Shown: positions 10,507 through 21,444, numbered from the stretch's first letter. The stretch: DNA of 64,000 nucleotides from an uncultured delta proteobacterium (GCA_963727485.1 CAVSGM010000001.1:352001-416000); one strand, 5' to 3'. The notes: generated by a model not told the origin, from the letters alone. Numbers and translations: made by a program.

Positions 10507-10561
10507 GGGCGGTCTCTCCTTGAGAGGGCTCGCGGCGGCGTGCCGCGATGGCTCTGGAGAG

Positions 10562-10577
10562 AGCAGCGCCCGTGCCA
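10562..10577 (-). promoter_or_regulatory. sigma54 -24/-12 promoter
   Basis: Minus strand TGGCACGGGCGCTGCT; GG and GC at canonical spacing; 56 bp upstream of the TPR gene ATG. Confidence 0.7.
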
Positions 10578-10640
10578 GGGGCCTGGGTCCCGCTCAACCG
10601 CCTGGAATTACGTGGCTCTCCTGGGCGGCGTCGAGGCGGG

Positions 10641-10660
10641 GCGTGTCCGTCGTGACACGC
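10641..10660. promoter_or_regulatory. Palindrome, candidate enhancer (bEBP) site
   Basis: GCGTGTC-cgtcgt-GACACGC perfect 7-bp arms, 65-85 bp upstream of the -24 element. Confidence 0.5.
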
Positions 10661-10705
10661 GCCGAGGGTGCCGGGACGCCCGCCGCCGGGCCGCCCGCCG
10701 GGGGC

Positions 10706-12076
<1,371 letters not shown>

Positions 12077-12085
12077 GCCCCCGTT

Positions 12086-13522
12086 CTACACCTCGATGTG
12101 CTTCCAGCGCCCCCGGTAGAACGTGTAGCCCATGATGCTGGCGATGAGGATCACGTAGACCACCGCGCCCATCCACATGCCCACCAGCTTGAGATCGAGG
12201 ACCACCCCGAAGAGGTAGGCCAGCGGCACCAGGCACAGGAAGTGGAGGCAGAGCTCCACGTACATCACGAACTTGGCCGCCCCGGCGCCGAACATCGCCT
12301 GCATCAGGATCATGGCGGCGGCGATGAGCCCCTCCACGCACCCGAGCATCCGCATCACCGGGAGCGCCGCCTGGATGACCGCCTGGTCCTTGGAGAAGAT
12401 GGCGATGAGCACCTCGGGCCAGATGGCGGTGAGCAGCCCGAAGACCCCGAAGATGTAGATCCCGAGCTTCACCGAGGCCCAGCCGTAGAGCTCGGCGCGC
12501 CGCGTCTTCCCCTTGCCCATGGCCTGGCCCACCAGGGTGGCGGTGGCGGTGCCAAAGGCGATGCAGCTCATGAAGGTGATCGAGAGGATGTCGATGATCA
12601 CCTTGGTGGCGGCGGTGAACACCGCCCCGTGGCCGGCGACGGCGTCGAGGTGGGCGACGATCTTCAGGAACATCAGGAACCCGGTCATCATCGCCACCGT
12701 CGCCACCCCCGAGGGGATGCCGAAGCGGATGATGTCCCACATCACCCTGGGGTTCCAGTTGGACAGCCGGAAGGGGCGGAAGCGCCGGCGGACGTCGGGG
12801 ACGAGGGTCCAGCCGAGCATCACCGCCAGGCCCACGTAGGTGGCGATGGTGGAGGCGACGGCGGCGCCGGTGGGGCCCATGGCCGGGGCGCCGAGGTGGC
12901 CGAAGACCAGCACCCAGTCGCCGAAGATGTTCAGCAGGTTCATCACCACCGCGGCGACCAGGTGGACGTAGGTCCGGCCGATGCCGTCGAAGAAGCCCTG
13001 GGCCGAGGCGGTGGCGACCATGGAGAGGACGCCGATGAGCCGCACCTGGAGGTAGGGCACGCCCCAGCGGACCACCTGGGCGTCGCCGTCGAGGAGCGGG
13101 AAGAGGTGGGGGATGGACCAGATGGCGACGGCGGAGAGGACGATGGATGCCGAGAACGCCACCGCCAGGCTGTTGGCCAGCGCCCGGCCCGAGAGGGCGG
13201 GGTTGCCCTCGCCGAAGCGCCTCGAGGCGACCGCCTGGGTGCCCACCTGGATGGACGAGAGGAACCCGCCGATGGCCCAGTACAGCGGGAGGCTGATCCC
13301 GAGGGCGGCCTGGCCGGGGACCGAGATGGCCTCCGGGAGCCGGCCCACCATGGCGGTGTCCACCAGGTTGACCGCGGTCTGGGTCAGCATGCCCAGGATC
13401 ACCGGCCAGGCGAGGCCGAGGATCACCCGGGCGTGGTGCCGGCTCACCCCGAAGCCCCCGACGGTCGCGAGGAAGCCCCGCGGCGGCCCCGGGAGAGCGG
13501 GAGGTGACCGGACTTCTGCCAT
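12086..13522 (-). CDS. MATE family efflux transporter
   Basis: LAWPVILG..VDTAMVGRL; about 12 TM segments; FGHLGAPAMG.TGAA.AS. Confidence 0.92.
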   Translation of the reverse strand: MAEVRSPPALPGPPRGFLATVGGFGVSRHHARVILGLAWPVILGMLTQTAVNLVDTAMVGRLPEAISVPGQAALGISLPLYWAIGGFLSSIQVGTQAVASRRFGEGNPALSGRALANSLAVAFSASIVLSAVAIWSIPHLFPLLDGDAQVVRWGVPYLQVRLIGVLSMVATASAQGFFDGIGRTYVHLVAAVVMNLLNIFGDWVLVFGHLGAPAMGPTGAAVASTIATYVGLAVMLGWTLVPDVRRRFRPFRLSNWNPRVMWDIIRFGIPSGVATVAMMTGFLMFLKIVAHLDAVAGHGAVFTAATKVIIDILSITFMSCIAFGTATATLVGQAMGKGKTRRAELYGWASVKLGIYIFGVFGLLTAIWPEVLIAIFSKDQAVIQAALPVMRMLGCVEGLIAAAMILMQAMFGAGAAKFVMYVELCLHFLCLVPLAYLFGVVLDLKLVGMWMGAVVYVILIASIMGYTFYRGRWKHIEV

Positions 13523-13700
13523 GAAGCGGATTCCAGGAGGTGGGTCGGAAGACCGGTTGGAGGGGACCGGCGCGGCGGCGCGGCAGGCTACTCCGGCGGC
13601 GCCGATGGAGGCAATACCGGGGCTTGGGGGGCTGGCGCACCCGGGGAGCCGGGGTGGGTCCGGGTCGTACTTACCCGAGGGGCGGGGGCCCCGCTTTTGG

Positions 13701-13729
13701 TTGACGGGCTCCGGGACGGGTCATACAAG
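13701..13729 (+). promoter_or_regulatory. Candidate sigma70 promoter for pal-cpoB operon
   Basis: TTGACG-17 bp-TACAAG. Confidence 0.4.
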
Positions 13730-13860
13730 AGGCGGCCACGGCAGCTGATACGCATTTCCAAGTAGCCTTCGCGCCGGAACGATGCGGTGGAACGGTCCGG
13801 CCCGGGGGCTAAAGAACGCAGTCCCCGCCGCGACCCGCGCAGACCCTGGGGAGTCATTCG

Positions 13861-14649
13861 ATGAAGACGGCACGCCTTCTGACCTTCGCTGGACTTGGTT
13901 TCCTGATGCTCACCGCCGCCGGCTGCAAGCCGCCCTGGCCCAAGTGCAAGACCTCGGACCAGTGCCAGAAGGACGACAAGGGCCAGGTGGTCAACTACGT
14001 CTGCGTCCAGGGCACCTGCAAGGAGTGCGGCGCGGACACCGACTGCAAGACCGGCTTCATCTGCCGGGAGAACGCCTGCGTGCCCAAGCCCGAGTGCGAG
14101 ACCAACACCGACTGCACCGGCGGCATGATCTGCAAGAACGAGAAGTGCGTGCCCGAGTGCACCGCCGACACCGACTGCGCCACCGGGATGAAGTGCCAGG
14201 CCAACAAGTGCGTGCCCAAGGCCGAGTGCACCGCCAACGCCGACTGCGGCGAGGGCCAGGCGTGCAGCCCCGAGGGCAAGTGCGTGAAGGCCGCCCCCAC
14301 CTGCGAGATGCAGACGGTGCACTTCGACTTCAACTCCGCCGACCTCACCGATGAGGCCCGGACCACCCTGGAGCAGGACGCCACCTGCCTCAAGCAGCGG
14401 GCCACCCAGCCCGTCACCCTCGAGGGCAACTGCGACGAGCGCGGCACCGAGGAGTACAACCTCGCCCTCGGCGAGAAGCGCGCCAACGCGGTCAAGAAGT
14501 ACCTCGCCAACCTCGGCGTCCAGGAGAGCCGGATGAAGACGGTCTCCTACGGCGAGGAGCGGCCCGTGTGCACCCAGCACACCGACGACTGCTGGTCCCA
14601 GAACCGCCGGGTCGACTTCGAGCTGCAGCCCGCCCCGGCGGGCATGTAG
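13861..14649 (+). CDS. pal: Pal-like OmpA-domain lipoprotein with Cys-rich repeats
   Basis: Lipobox AAGC; about 5 ECxxxxDC repeats; OmpA domain VHFDFNS, EGNCDERGTEEYNLALGEKRA, SYGEERP, QNRRV; directly upstream of cpoB-like gene. Confidence 0.85.
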   Translation: MKTARLLTFAGLGFLMLTAAGCKPPWPKCKTSDQCQKDDKGQVVNYVCVQGTCKECGADTDCKTGFICRENACVPKPECETNTDCTGGMICKNEKCVPECTADTDCATGMKCQANKCVPKAECTANADCGEGQACSPEGKCVKAAPTCEMQTVHFDFNSADLTDEARTTLEQDATCLKQRATQPVTLEGNCDERGTEEYNLALGEKRANAVKKYLANLGVQESRMKTVSYGEERPVCTQHTDDCWSQNRRVDFELQPAPAGM

Positions 14650-14675
14650 ACCCGCCAACCGGGGTTCCCGAAGAC

Positions 14676-15551
14676 ATGCGTTCGAACCTCGCTGGCCACC
14701 GCCGCCCCCGCGCCCTCGTCGCGGTGGGCGGCGTCGTGCTTCTGCTGGCCTCCGGCTGCGTCACCACCGCCGAGCAGGGCCGGCGGATGCGCCACGACAT
14801 CGACACCCTCCAGGGGCGGGTCGACGGGCTGCGCCGGGACGTGGAGAGCCAGAAGTCCGACATGGCGAACGTCCAGGCGACCCTCCAGAAGGTCGACGGC
14901 CGCCTCGACGCCATCGAGAAGACCCTCCAGTCGGTGGGCTTCCGCGCCCAGAAGAACGACGCCAACTTCGGGGCCACCGTCGACCAGGTCCAGGGCGAGA
15001 TCCAGACCCTCAAGGGCACCCTCGAGGAGCTGCGCCACGACATCGACCAGGTGACCCAGGGCCAGACCGACTACCAGCAGAAGGTCGACCAGCAGCTCGC
15101 CAGCCTCAAGGGCGCCCAGGCGGCCAAGGCCTTCCAGGCCAAGCAGGAGGCGAAGAAGCTCGCCACCCCCACCGAGCCCGGGCCGTTCCTGGAGCTGGCG
15201 CGCCAGAAGGTGAAGGCCAAGCAGTACGACGTGGCCCAGAACCTCCTCAAGCAGTTCCTCAAGAAGTGGCCCAAGGACAAGGGCGCCGCCGAGGCCCAGC
15301 TCCTCCTCGCCGACACCTACTTCGCCCAGCAGGCGTGGCGGCCGGCGATCCTCGAGTACAACCGGTTCCGGGAGCACCACCCCAAGGACCGGGCGATGCC
15401 GAGGGCGCTGCTGCGCATCGGCGAGGCCTTCGCCAGGATCGACCTCAAGCCCGAGGCCGGGAAGTTCTTCGACGCCCTGATCCACCGGTACCCGCACTCG
15501 AAGGAGGCGCGGCAGGCGCGCCACCTCAAGCGGGGGCTCCGGGGCAAGTGA
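14676..15551 (+). CDS. cpoB: CpoB/YbgF-like coiled-coil + TPR lipoprotein
   Basis: Lipobox ASGC; long coiled coil; TPRs ending LIHRYPHSKEA; follows pal. Confidence 0.8.
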   Translation: MRSNLAGHRRPRALVAVGGVVLLLASGCVTTAEQGRRMRHDIDTLQGRVDGLRRDVESQKSDMANVQATLQKVDGRLDAIEKTLQSVGFRAQKNDANFGATVDQVQGEIQTLKGTLEELRHDIDQVTQGQTDYQQKVDQQLASLKGAQAAKAFQAKQEAKKLATPTEPGPFLELARQKVKAKQYDVAQNLLKQFLKKWPKDKGAAEAQLLLADTYFAQQAWRPAILEYNRFREHHPKDRAMPRALLRIGEAFARIDLKPEAGKFFDALIHRYPHSKEARQARHLKRGLRGK

Positions 15552-16798
15552 CGGGGCGGTCGGGAGGGGCCCGCGCGGCCCTCACGGTGCTCGTCGCCCT
15601 CGGGGTCCTCGCCAGCGGATGCCGGGGGCACCCCGCCCCCGTCGCCGGCGAGGCCGCCGGAGCCGCTGCCGGAGCCGGCGGAGCCGCCGGAGCGGACGCC
15701 GGGGCCGCCGCGCCTGACGCCCCGGCCCACGCCTTCACCCTGGCCCTCACCGGCTCGGGGCTCGGCGAGATCACCACCTGCGGCTGCAGCAACCACCGCT
15801 ACGGGGGCCTCGACCGCCGGGCGACCCTCTTCCACCGCCTCGCCGCCAAGGGCCCGGTCCTGGCCCTCGACGCCGGCGACAGCCTCTACCGCCACCTCGC
15901 GCTCCCCAAGGGCGAGCTCGGCACCGAGGCCCTCACCCGGGCCGACGCCATCCTCGGCGCCATGGGCGCGCTCCACTACGCGGCCATGGCCGTGGGGACC
16001 CGGGACCTCGACGGCGGCGTGCCCCGGCTCAGGCAGGCGGCGGCGAAGGCCAAGGTGCCGCTGCTCGCCGCGAACCTCGTGGACCCCCGGGGCCGCCCGG
16101 CCTTCGCCCCCTCACGGGTGGTGACCGTGGGCGGCGCCAAGGTGGGCCTGGTGGGCCTGTCCAGCGCCGACCTCGACGCCAAGGACGCCACCGCGCTCCT
16201 CCGGGCCCGGCTCACCGCCACCAGCCCCGAGGACGCGGCGAAGCGGGCGGTGGCGGCGCTGCCCCCGGACCTCGACCTGGTGGTGATCCTCGGGCGGCTG
16301 ACCCCCCGGGAGGGGCGCAAGGTCGCCGCGGCGGTGCCCCGGGCGCGCCTGGTCCTCCTCGGGGGCAACGGGCGCCTGACCCCCGAGGGCGAGGCGGTGG
16401 GCCACGCCCTGATGTACGAGGGCGGCGGCCGGGGCGAGGTGGTGCTCACCCTGAAGCTGCGCCTCACCGGTCGGGGAGACCTGGTCGACCTCAAGAGCGA
16501 GACCCAGCTCCAGGCCCACCTCGCCGCCCTCGACAAGCGCCTGGCGAAGGTGCGGGCCGCCGACGCCGGCGACGCCAGCCTGGTGGCCTCGGAGGTCGCC
16601 GGGGCGAGAGCCCAGATGGCCACCCTGCGCCAGCGCCTCGCCGAGCCCCACGGGGGCACGGTGGATCCGACGCCGGTGATGCTGGGCAAGCTCGTCGACC
16701 CGGACCCGAAGATGCGGGCGCGCCTCTCCACCGTCCCCCGGCCTCCGGAGGGCCCCAGCGCGGGCCCGGCGGCCGAGACCACCTCGCCGGCCCGCTGA
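15548..16798 (+). CDS. UshA/5'-nucleotidase-like metallophosphoesterase-fold lipoprotein with CGC motif
   Basis: GTG overlaps cpoB stop; lipobox ASGC; GEITTCGC..GGLDRR, LDAGD, PLLAANL, KVGLVGL. Confidence 0.7.
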   Translation: MTGRSGGARAALTVLVALGVLASGCRGHPAPVAGEAAGAAAGAGGAAGADAGAAAPDAPAHAFTLALTGSGLGEITTCGCSNHRYGGLDRRATLFHRLAAKGPVLALDAGDSLYRHLALPKGELGTEALTRADAILGAMGALHYAAMAVGTRDLDGGVPRLRQAAAKAKVPLLAANLVDPRGRPAFAPSRVVTVGGAKVGLVGLSSADLDAKDATALLRARLTATSPEDAAKRAVAALPPDLDLVVILGRLTPREGRKVAAAVPRARLVLLGGNGRLTPEGEAVGHALMYEGGGRGEVVLTLKLRLTGRGDLVDLKSETQLQAHLAALDKRLAKVRAADAGDASLVASEVAGARAQMATLRQRLAEPHGGTVDPTPVMLGKLVDPDPKMRARLSTVPRPPEGPSAGPAAETTSPAR

Positions 16799-16805
16799 GG
16801 CCGCG

Positions 16806-18092
16806 TCAGTCCCCGGCCGGGGCCCCGGGCTTGAGCGGCGGCAGCTCCCCGAGCTCCACCGCCCGCCGGTGGGCGAAGCGGAACACCGCCAGCGCCACCG
16901 ACATCGCCGGCACCGCCAGGAGCACCCCCACCACGCCCCCGACCCGCTCTCCGGCGATGAGGGCGAAGACGATGAGCACCGGGTGGATCTTGGCGGCGTC
17001 GCCGAGGACCCGGGGGTTCAGGTAGTAGGACTCGAGGAGGTGGAGGCCGAGGATCCAGAGGAGGATCGCCAGGGCCTTCGAGGGGGAGTCGGCCAGCGCC
17101 ACCAGGAAGATGGGGACCGAGGAGAAGATGGTCCCGAAGATGGGCACCAGGTAGAGCACCGTGGCCACCAGGCCCAGGAGCACGGTGAACTTCACCCCGA
17201 AGATCCACAGGCCCACGAAGGTCAGGGTCCCGTTGATGAGCATGATGGTCAGCTGGCCGCGCACCACCCCGGAGAGGCCGGCGTCGATGCGGCCGATGAG
17301 GCTGTCGGCGTCGCCCTGGAGGCGCACCGGGACCAGGGAGTGGACCACCGCCATCACCCGCTTCACGTCGATGGAGAGGAAGGCGGTGACCATGAGCATC
17401 AGCCCGAAGTAGAAGAGCCCCTGGACCACGGCGCCGGCGAGGCGCTGGACGAAGCGGGCGATCTCGAAGACCCCGTCACGGATGGCCTTGGAGGCCCGGG
17501 CCACGAGGTCCCGGGCGACGGCGTCGAGGTCGACGGTGAGCCCCTGGGTGCCGGTGCCGGTGATGGGGCGGGGGGTGGTGAACTGCGGCTCGCCGCCGGG
17601 GGCGCCGACCTGGCGCGAGGGGGGCGGGGCCGGGACCGGGGCGTGGGCGGACTGGGCGGGTGTCGGGGCCACCGCGAGGTCGTGGGCCACCAGCCAGCCC
17701 TCGACCCGGTGGACGTGGGTCTCGATGGTCTGGTCGTCGAGCTGGGTGAGGAAGCTCTGGGCCGAGCGGGAGAGCCGCTGCACCTCCCGGTAGAGCCGGG
17801 GGACGGCGGTGAGCCCGAGGACGTAGAGGACCCCGAAGAGCGCCAGGTAGAGCAGGCCCACCGCGGCGAAGCGCGGGAGGTGGCGGCCCCTGACGGGGAC
17901 GCCGGTGAGCCAGCGGACCACCGGCTCGATGACGTAGGCCAGGAGCGCCGCCCCCACGAAGGGCAGGAGCACCGCCCGGAAGGCGACCAGCGTGACGGCG
18001 ATGGCCGCCCACAGCCCCAGGAGGATGGCACGCCGCCTTACCTCCGGACGCTGCCACAGCCGGGTCGCCACACCCTGTGCGTCGGGGTCCAT
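16806..18092 (-). CDS. AI-2E (PerM) family transporter
   Basis: LLPFVGAALLAYVIEP, VRGQL, LVPIFG, LNPRVLG..IHP..GVLLAVP. Confidence 0.9.
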   Translation of the reverse strand: MDPDAQGVATRLWQRPEVRRRAILLGLWAAIAVTLVAFRAVLLPFVGAALLAYVIEPVVRWLTGVPVRGRHLPRFAAVGLLYLALFGVLYVLGLTAVPRLYREVQRLSRSAQSFLTQLDDQTIETHVHRVEGWLVAHDLAVAPTPAQSAHAPVPAPPPSRQVGAPGGEPQFTTPRPITGTGTQGLTVDLDAVARDLVARASKAIRDGVFEIARFVQRLAGAVVQGLFYFGLMLMVTAFLSIDVKRVMAVVHSLVPVRLQGDADSLIGRIDAGLSGVVRGQLTIMLINGTLTFVGLWIFGVKFTVLLGLVATVLYLVPIFGTIFSSVPIFLVALADSPSKALAILLWILGLHLLESYYLNPRVLGDAAKIHPVLIVFALIAGERVGGVVGVLLAVPAMSVALAVFRFAHRRAVELGELPPLKPGAPAGD

Positions 18093-18235
18093 CCGCCTGT
18101 GATATCGGCGGTTTCGGGGGCATTGGCAAGGCGGGTGGGGGCAGGTGGGTGCGTTGACCGGCCCGGTGCCGGGTGATAAGGGTCATCGAATTGCGCCAGA
18201 GGCGCGTTCACCCGCCTGCCATGCGTACGAGAGCC

Positions 18236-19609
18236 ATGTCCCACCTGTCTCGAACCCCCTTCGCCCTGGGGCTCTGCGTCGTCCTCCTCGCCGGCCTCTC
18301 CGGCTGCAAGGGGGGCACCGGCGGGAGCGCCGACGGTGGCAACCGCCCGGCCACCAACAGCACCTTCTGCAACCAGGACAACGAGTGCCAGCAGGACTTC
18401 CGCTGCGACCGTGAGCTCCACCGCTGCGTGTGCACCTCCGACCAGTCCTGCCCCGGGGCGCTCTTCTGCGACGCCTTCACCGGGCAGTGCGTCCAGTCGG
18501 TCCCCGGCTGCACCAGCGACGGCGACTGCCAGGACCCGTCGACCCAGTACTGCGACCTCGCCAGCCGGACCTGCCACACCCGCAAGCACTTCTGCGAGGC
18601 GTGCAGCACCGACGCCGAGTGCGGCACCAGCACCGACAAGTGCGTCACCGATCCCAACCTCGGCCAGAAGTTCTGCGGCAAGAGCTGCTCCACCAACGCC
18701 GACTGCCCCACCGACGCCAGCTGCCAGTCCATCGGCGGGGTGAAGACCTGCTGGCCCACGGTGGCCACCTGCAACCAGCTCCTCGGCTGCAACCCCGACA
18801 GCGGCCAGAGCTGCAGCGCCGACAGCGACTGCACCCAGGGCACCGACCAGATCTGCGACAAGACCGCGGGCCACTGCGTCGCCCGGGTCCCGAGCTGCCC
18901 CTACGGGATGGTCTGCGACCAGAGCACCAGCCAGTGCACCGCGGCGTGCACCACCGACAACGACTGCGCCTCGGACCCCAAGTGCCAGGGCGGGCCCTGC
19001 CGCTGCACCGACAGCCAGTGCGTGCCCATCGCCGTGTGCAAGACCAACACCGACTGCGCCAGCGGGAAGGTCTGCGTCATCACCCCGGGGGCCACCACCG
19101 GTGAGTGCGGCCCGGGGTGCAGCGCCGACAGCGACTGCCCGGTGGGCCAGGTCTGCAACCAGAGCGCGGGCCGGGGCTACTGCACCGCCGGGTGCACCAC
19201 CAACGCCGACTGCCCCCTCGAGTCGAACTGCATCGCCAGCCACTGCGAGGCCACCGACACCACCGGCAACGTCAACTACTGCCAGGTGACCGAGGTCTGC
19301 CAGACCTGCGAGCTGTGCAGCGCCGACTCCAACGGGCGCACCCAGTCGTGCAAGCCCGTGGGCAACACCTACTGCCAGACCTGCTCCGCGCCCGACAACG
19401 GCTGCGCCACGGTCAACGCCAACCAGTACTGCTGCGACACCAACTTCAGCGCCGGGACGGTGACCGGGATCCTCGGCCAGGACTGCAGCGGCGGGCGCAG
19501 CTGCCCCAAGGGCTTCAACTGCGTGGACATCGCCACCGCGAGCGGCACGGTGCTGGCGCACAACTGCTTCCCCTCGGGCACCGCCTGCCAGGCGCCCACC
19601 TGCCAGTGA
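18236..19609 (+). CDS. Cys-rich repeat lipoprotein
   Basis: Lipobox LSGC; dense CxxxxDC repeats throughout. Confidence 0.88.
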   Translation: MSHLSRTPFALGLCVVLLAGLSGCKGGTGGSADGGNRPATNSTFCNQDNECQQDFRCDRELHRCVCTSDQSCPGALFCDAFTGQCVQSVPGCTSDGDCQDPSTQYCDLASRTCHTRKHFCEACSTDAECGTSTDKCVTDPNLGQKFCGKSCSTNADCPTDASCQSIGGVKTCWPTVATCNQLLGCNPDSGQSCSADSDCTQGTDQICDKTAGHCVARVPSCPYGMVCDQSTSQCTAACTTDNDCASDPKCQGGPCRCTDSQCVPIAVCKTNTDCASGKVCVITPGATTGECGPGCSADSDCPVGQVCNQSAGRGYCTAGCTTNADCPLESNCIASHCEATDTTGNVNYCQVTEVCQTCELCSADSNGRTQSCKPVGNTYCQTCSAPDNGCATVNANQYCCDTNFSAGTVTGILGQDCSGGRSCPKGFNCVDIATASGTVLAHNCFPSGTACQAPTCQ

Positions 19610-20280
19610 TGCGGCGGCTCTTGGGCGTCGCCCTGGTGGCCGCGTTCGCCGGGTGCGGTGGGGCCAAGGTCCCGCCGGGGCTGGTGGCGGGCAAGGGTGG
19701 GTCGTGCACCGCCCAGTCCGACTGCTCGAGCTGCAGCCAGTGCCGGCCCGCCGGGCAGGAGGTCTGCCTCTCGCAGACCTGCTACCTCGCCTCCACCCCC
19801 GACAGCGGCGGCGAGCCCACCCTCACCGACGGGATGGTCGTCGTCACCCTCCCCAGCGGCGCCGGGCCCGAGGTGAAGAGCGCCTCGGTGCGGATTCTCT
19901 ACCCCCTGCGCACCGACGGGTCCGACGTCACCTGCGCCGCGCTGCTCGCCAACCCCACGGCCGTCGACGCCGACCGGGGCCTCAACGTCCTGCGCTCGCT
20001 CGATCCGGCGGTGCAGCTCCCGGCGACGGCGGCCCAGGTGAGCCTCGGGGCCAACGAGCTGCCGGTGGGATCCGATTGCCTGGCCCTGGTGGTGCTCCAC
20101 GCGAGCGCCGGCGGGAGTGGGGCCGTGGTCGCCGCCGGGTGCACCGCGCACCTGGCGCTGGCCGCCGGGAAGGCCTGCCAGTCCGACGGGGACTGCACCT
20201 ACCCCAAGAAGTGTGAGATGGTTTCCGGGCGGTCCGAGTGCGGGCCCCAGCAGATTGTGGTGAAGACCACGCGGCCTTGA
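19609..20280 (+). CDS. Hypothetical lipoprotein
   Basis: ATG overlaps upstream TGA; lipobox FAGC; Cys motifs at both ends. Confidence 0.75.
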   Translation: MRRLLGVALVAAFAGCGGAKVPPGLVAGKGGSCTAQSDCSSCSQCRPAGQEVCLSQTCYLASTPDSGGEPTLTDGMVVVTLPSGAGPEVKSASVRILYPLRTDGSDVTCAALLANPTAVDADRGLNVLRSLDPAVQLPATAAQVSLGANELPVGSDCLALVVLHASAGGSGAVVAAGCTAHLALAAGKACQSDGDCTYPKKCEMVSGRSECGPQQIVVKTTRP

Positions 20281-20288
20281 GTGACCAG

Positions 20289-21362
20289 ATGTCATCGCGC
20301 GGTGTCCTTCGAGCGCTCCTCCCTGTCGTCGTCGTCCTCGTGGTGGCGGCCACCGGGGGTGTGGCCCGGGCCTCCGGCGACCCCCTCGACCAGGACAACG
20401 GCACCGAGGCCTGGTCCGGGCATCGGGCCGGGGGCGAGGGGCTCTCCCAAGCGGTCTCCGACTGGGAGCAGGCCCGGGACGCCTGGAACGCCGAGCGGTC
20501 GCGCTTCGAGGAGGCGCGGTACCAGGGCCTGGCGGTTCGGGCCCGGGCCCGGCACGCCCGGGCCGCGTGGGGGACGCGGCATCGGTCGGCGGTGGCGCCC
20601 GGGGGCGGTCCGGTGCTGCCGGCGGCGGCGACGCCCTCTGCCCCCGCGGTGTCCGCGCCCGTGGCGACGCCCGCCCCCGCCCCTCGCTCGCCGGCTGCCC
20701 CGCCGGCGGCTTCGGCCGCGCCCGCCGCGCCCGCGGCTCCGTCGGCCGCGGCTCCGTCGGACGGGAACGCCGGGACCTCCTCGGCAGGGGGCGGCGGCGA
20801 CACCGGCGGGAAGCCCGCGTGGATGGTCGAGGAGGCCAGCCGGCTGGAGCGGCAGGCCGGCTCCTGGCTCCATGACGACAAGCCCAAGCCGGCCGCCGCG
20901 AAGGCGGCCGCGCCCGTCCCGGAAACGGCACCGTCCCAGGTGAAGACGCCGGCGGCTGCGCCGGTCCCAGCCCCGCAGGCGGCCGCGCCACCGCCGGCGC
21001 CCGCGTCCCCTGCCGCTGCCGGTGGGCGCGCGGGCCCGAGCCCCTCCGCGGCCAAGCAGGCCAAGGAGGCCCGGGAGGCGGCCGCGGCCCTCGCCCGGGA
21101 GCGTGCCCGCCTCGAGCACATGGTCCAGGGGGACGACGGCGACACCCCGCCCCCGGCGCCGGCGCCGGCCCCGGCGCCCAGGCACGCGAAGGCGACCAAG
21201 GCGACGGCCCCCGCGCGAAAGCCCGCGAAGGCGACCGCCCAGGGGCCGGTGGCCCCGGCGAAGCCGGCGAAGGCCAAGGCCAAGCAGGGGCAGTCCTCCG
21301 GCCAGGTCACCGATCCGGACCTGGACCAGGAGTTCAAGTCCCTGCACACGAAGGACTTCTAG
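20289..21362 (+). CDS. Ala/Pro/Lys-rich exported hypothetical protein
   Basis: Signal peptide VVVVLVVAATGGVARA; low-complexity linkers between short helical blocks. Confidence 0.65.
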   Translation: MSSRGVLRALLPVVVVLVVAATGGVARASGDPLDQDNGTEAWSGHRAGGEGLSQAVSDWEQARDAWNAERSRFEEARYQGLAVRARARHARAAWGTRHRSAVAPGGGPVLPAAATPSAPAVSAPVATPAPAPRSPAAPPAASAAPAAPAAPSAAAPSDGNAGTSSAGGGGDTGGKPAWMVEEASRLERQAGSWLHDDKPKPAAAKAAAPVPETAPSQVKTPAAAPVPAPQAAAPPPAPASPAAAGGRAGPSPSAAKQAKEAREAAAALARERARLEHMVQGDDGDTPPPAPAPAPAPRHAKATKATAPARKPAKATAQGPVAPAKPAKAKAKQGQSSGQVTDPDLDQEFKSLHTKDF

Positions 21363-21427
21363 TCCTTCCGGTGGGTTGGGCCCCTCTTGGGGGGGCGTCC
21401 ATGGCGCTGTCAGACCCTGCGTCCATA

Positions 21428-21444
21428 CTGTACGCAGGATCAGG
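21428..21444 (+). promoter_or_regulatory. Candidate LexA (SOS) box
   Basis: CTGTACGCAGGATCAGG: CTG-N10-CAG core; 14/17 match to Myxococcus consensus CTRHAMRYBYGTTCAGS as I recall it; 16 bp before ATG. Confidence 0.5.

Noticed and set aside
10551..10620. CTCTGGAGAGAG resembling a glycine riboswitch start
   Set aside because: Wrong strand for the flanking genes, no GCCGAAG/CTCTCAGG elements; better explained by the sigma54 promoter
15770..15790. Possible selenocysteine in the CGC motifs (also ~49630-49640)
   Set aside because: All codons are TGC; no in-frame TGA
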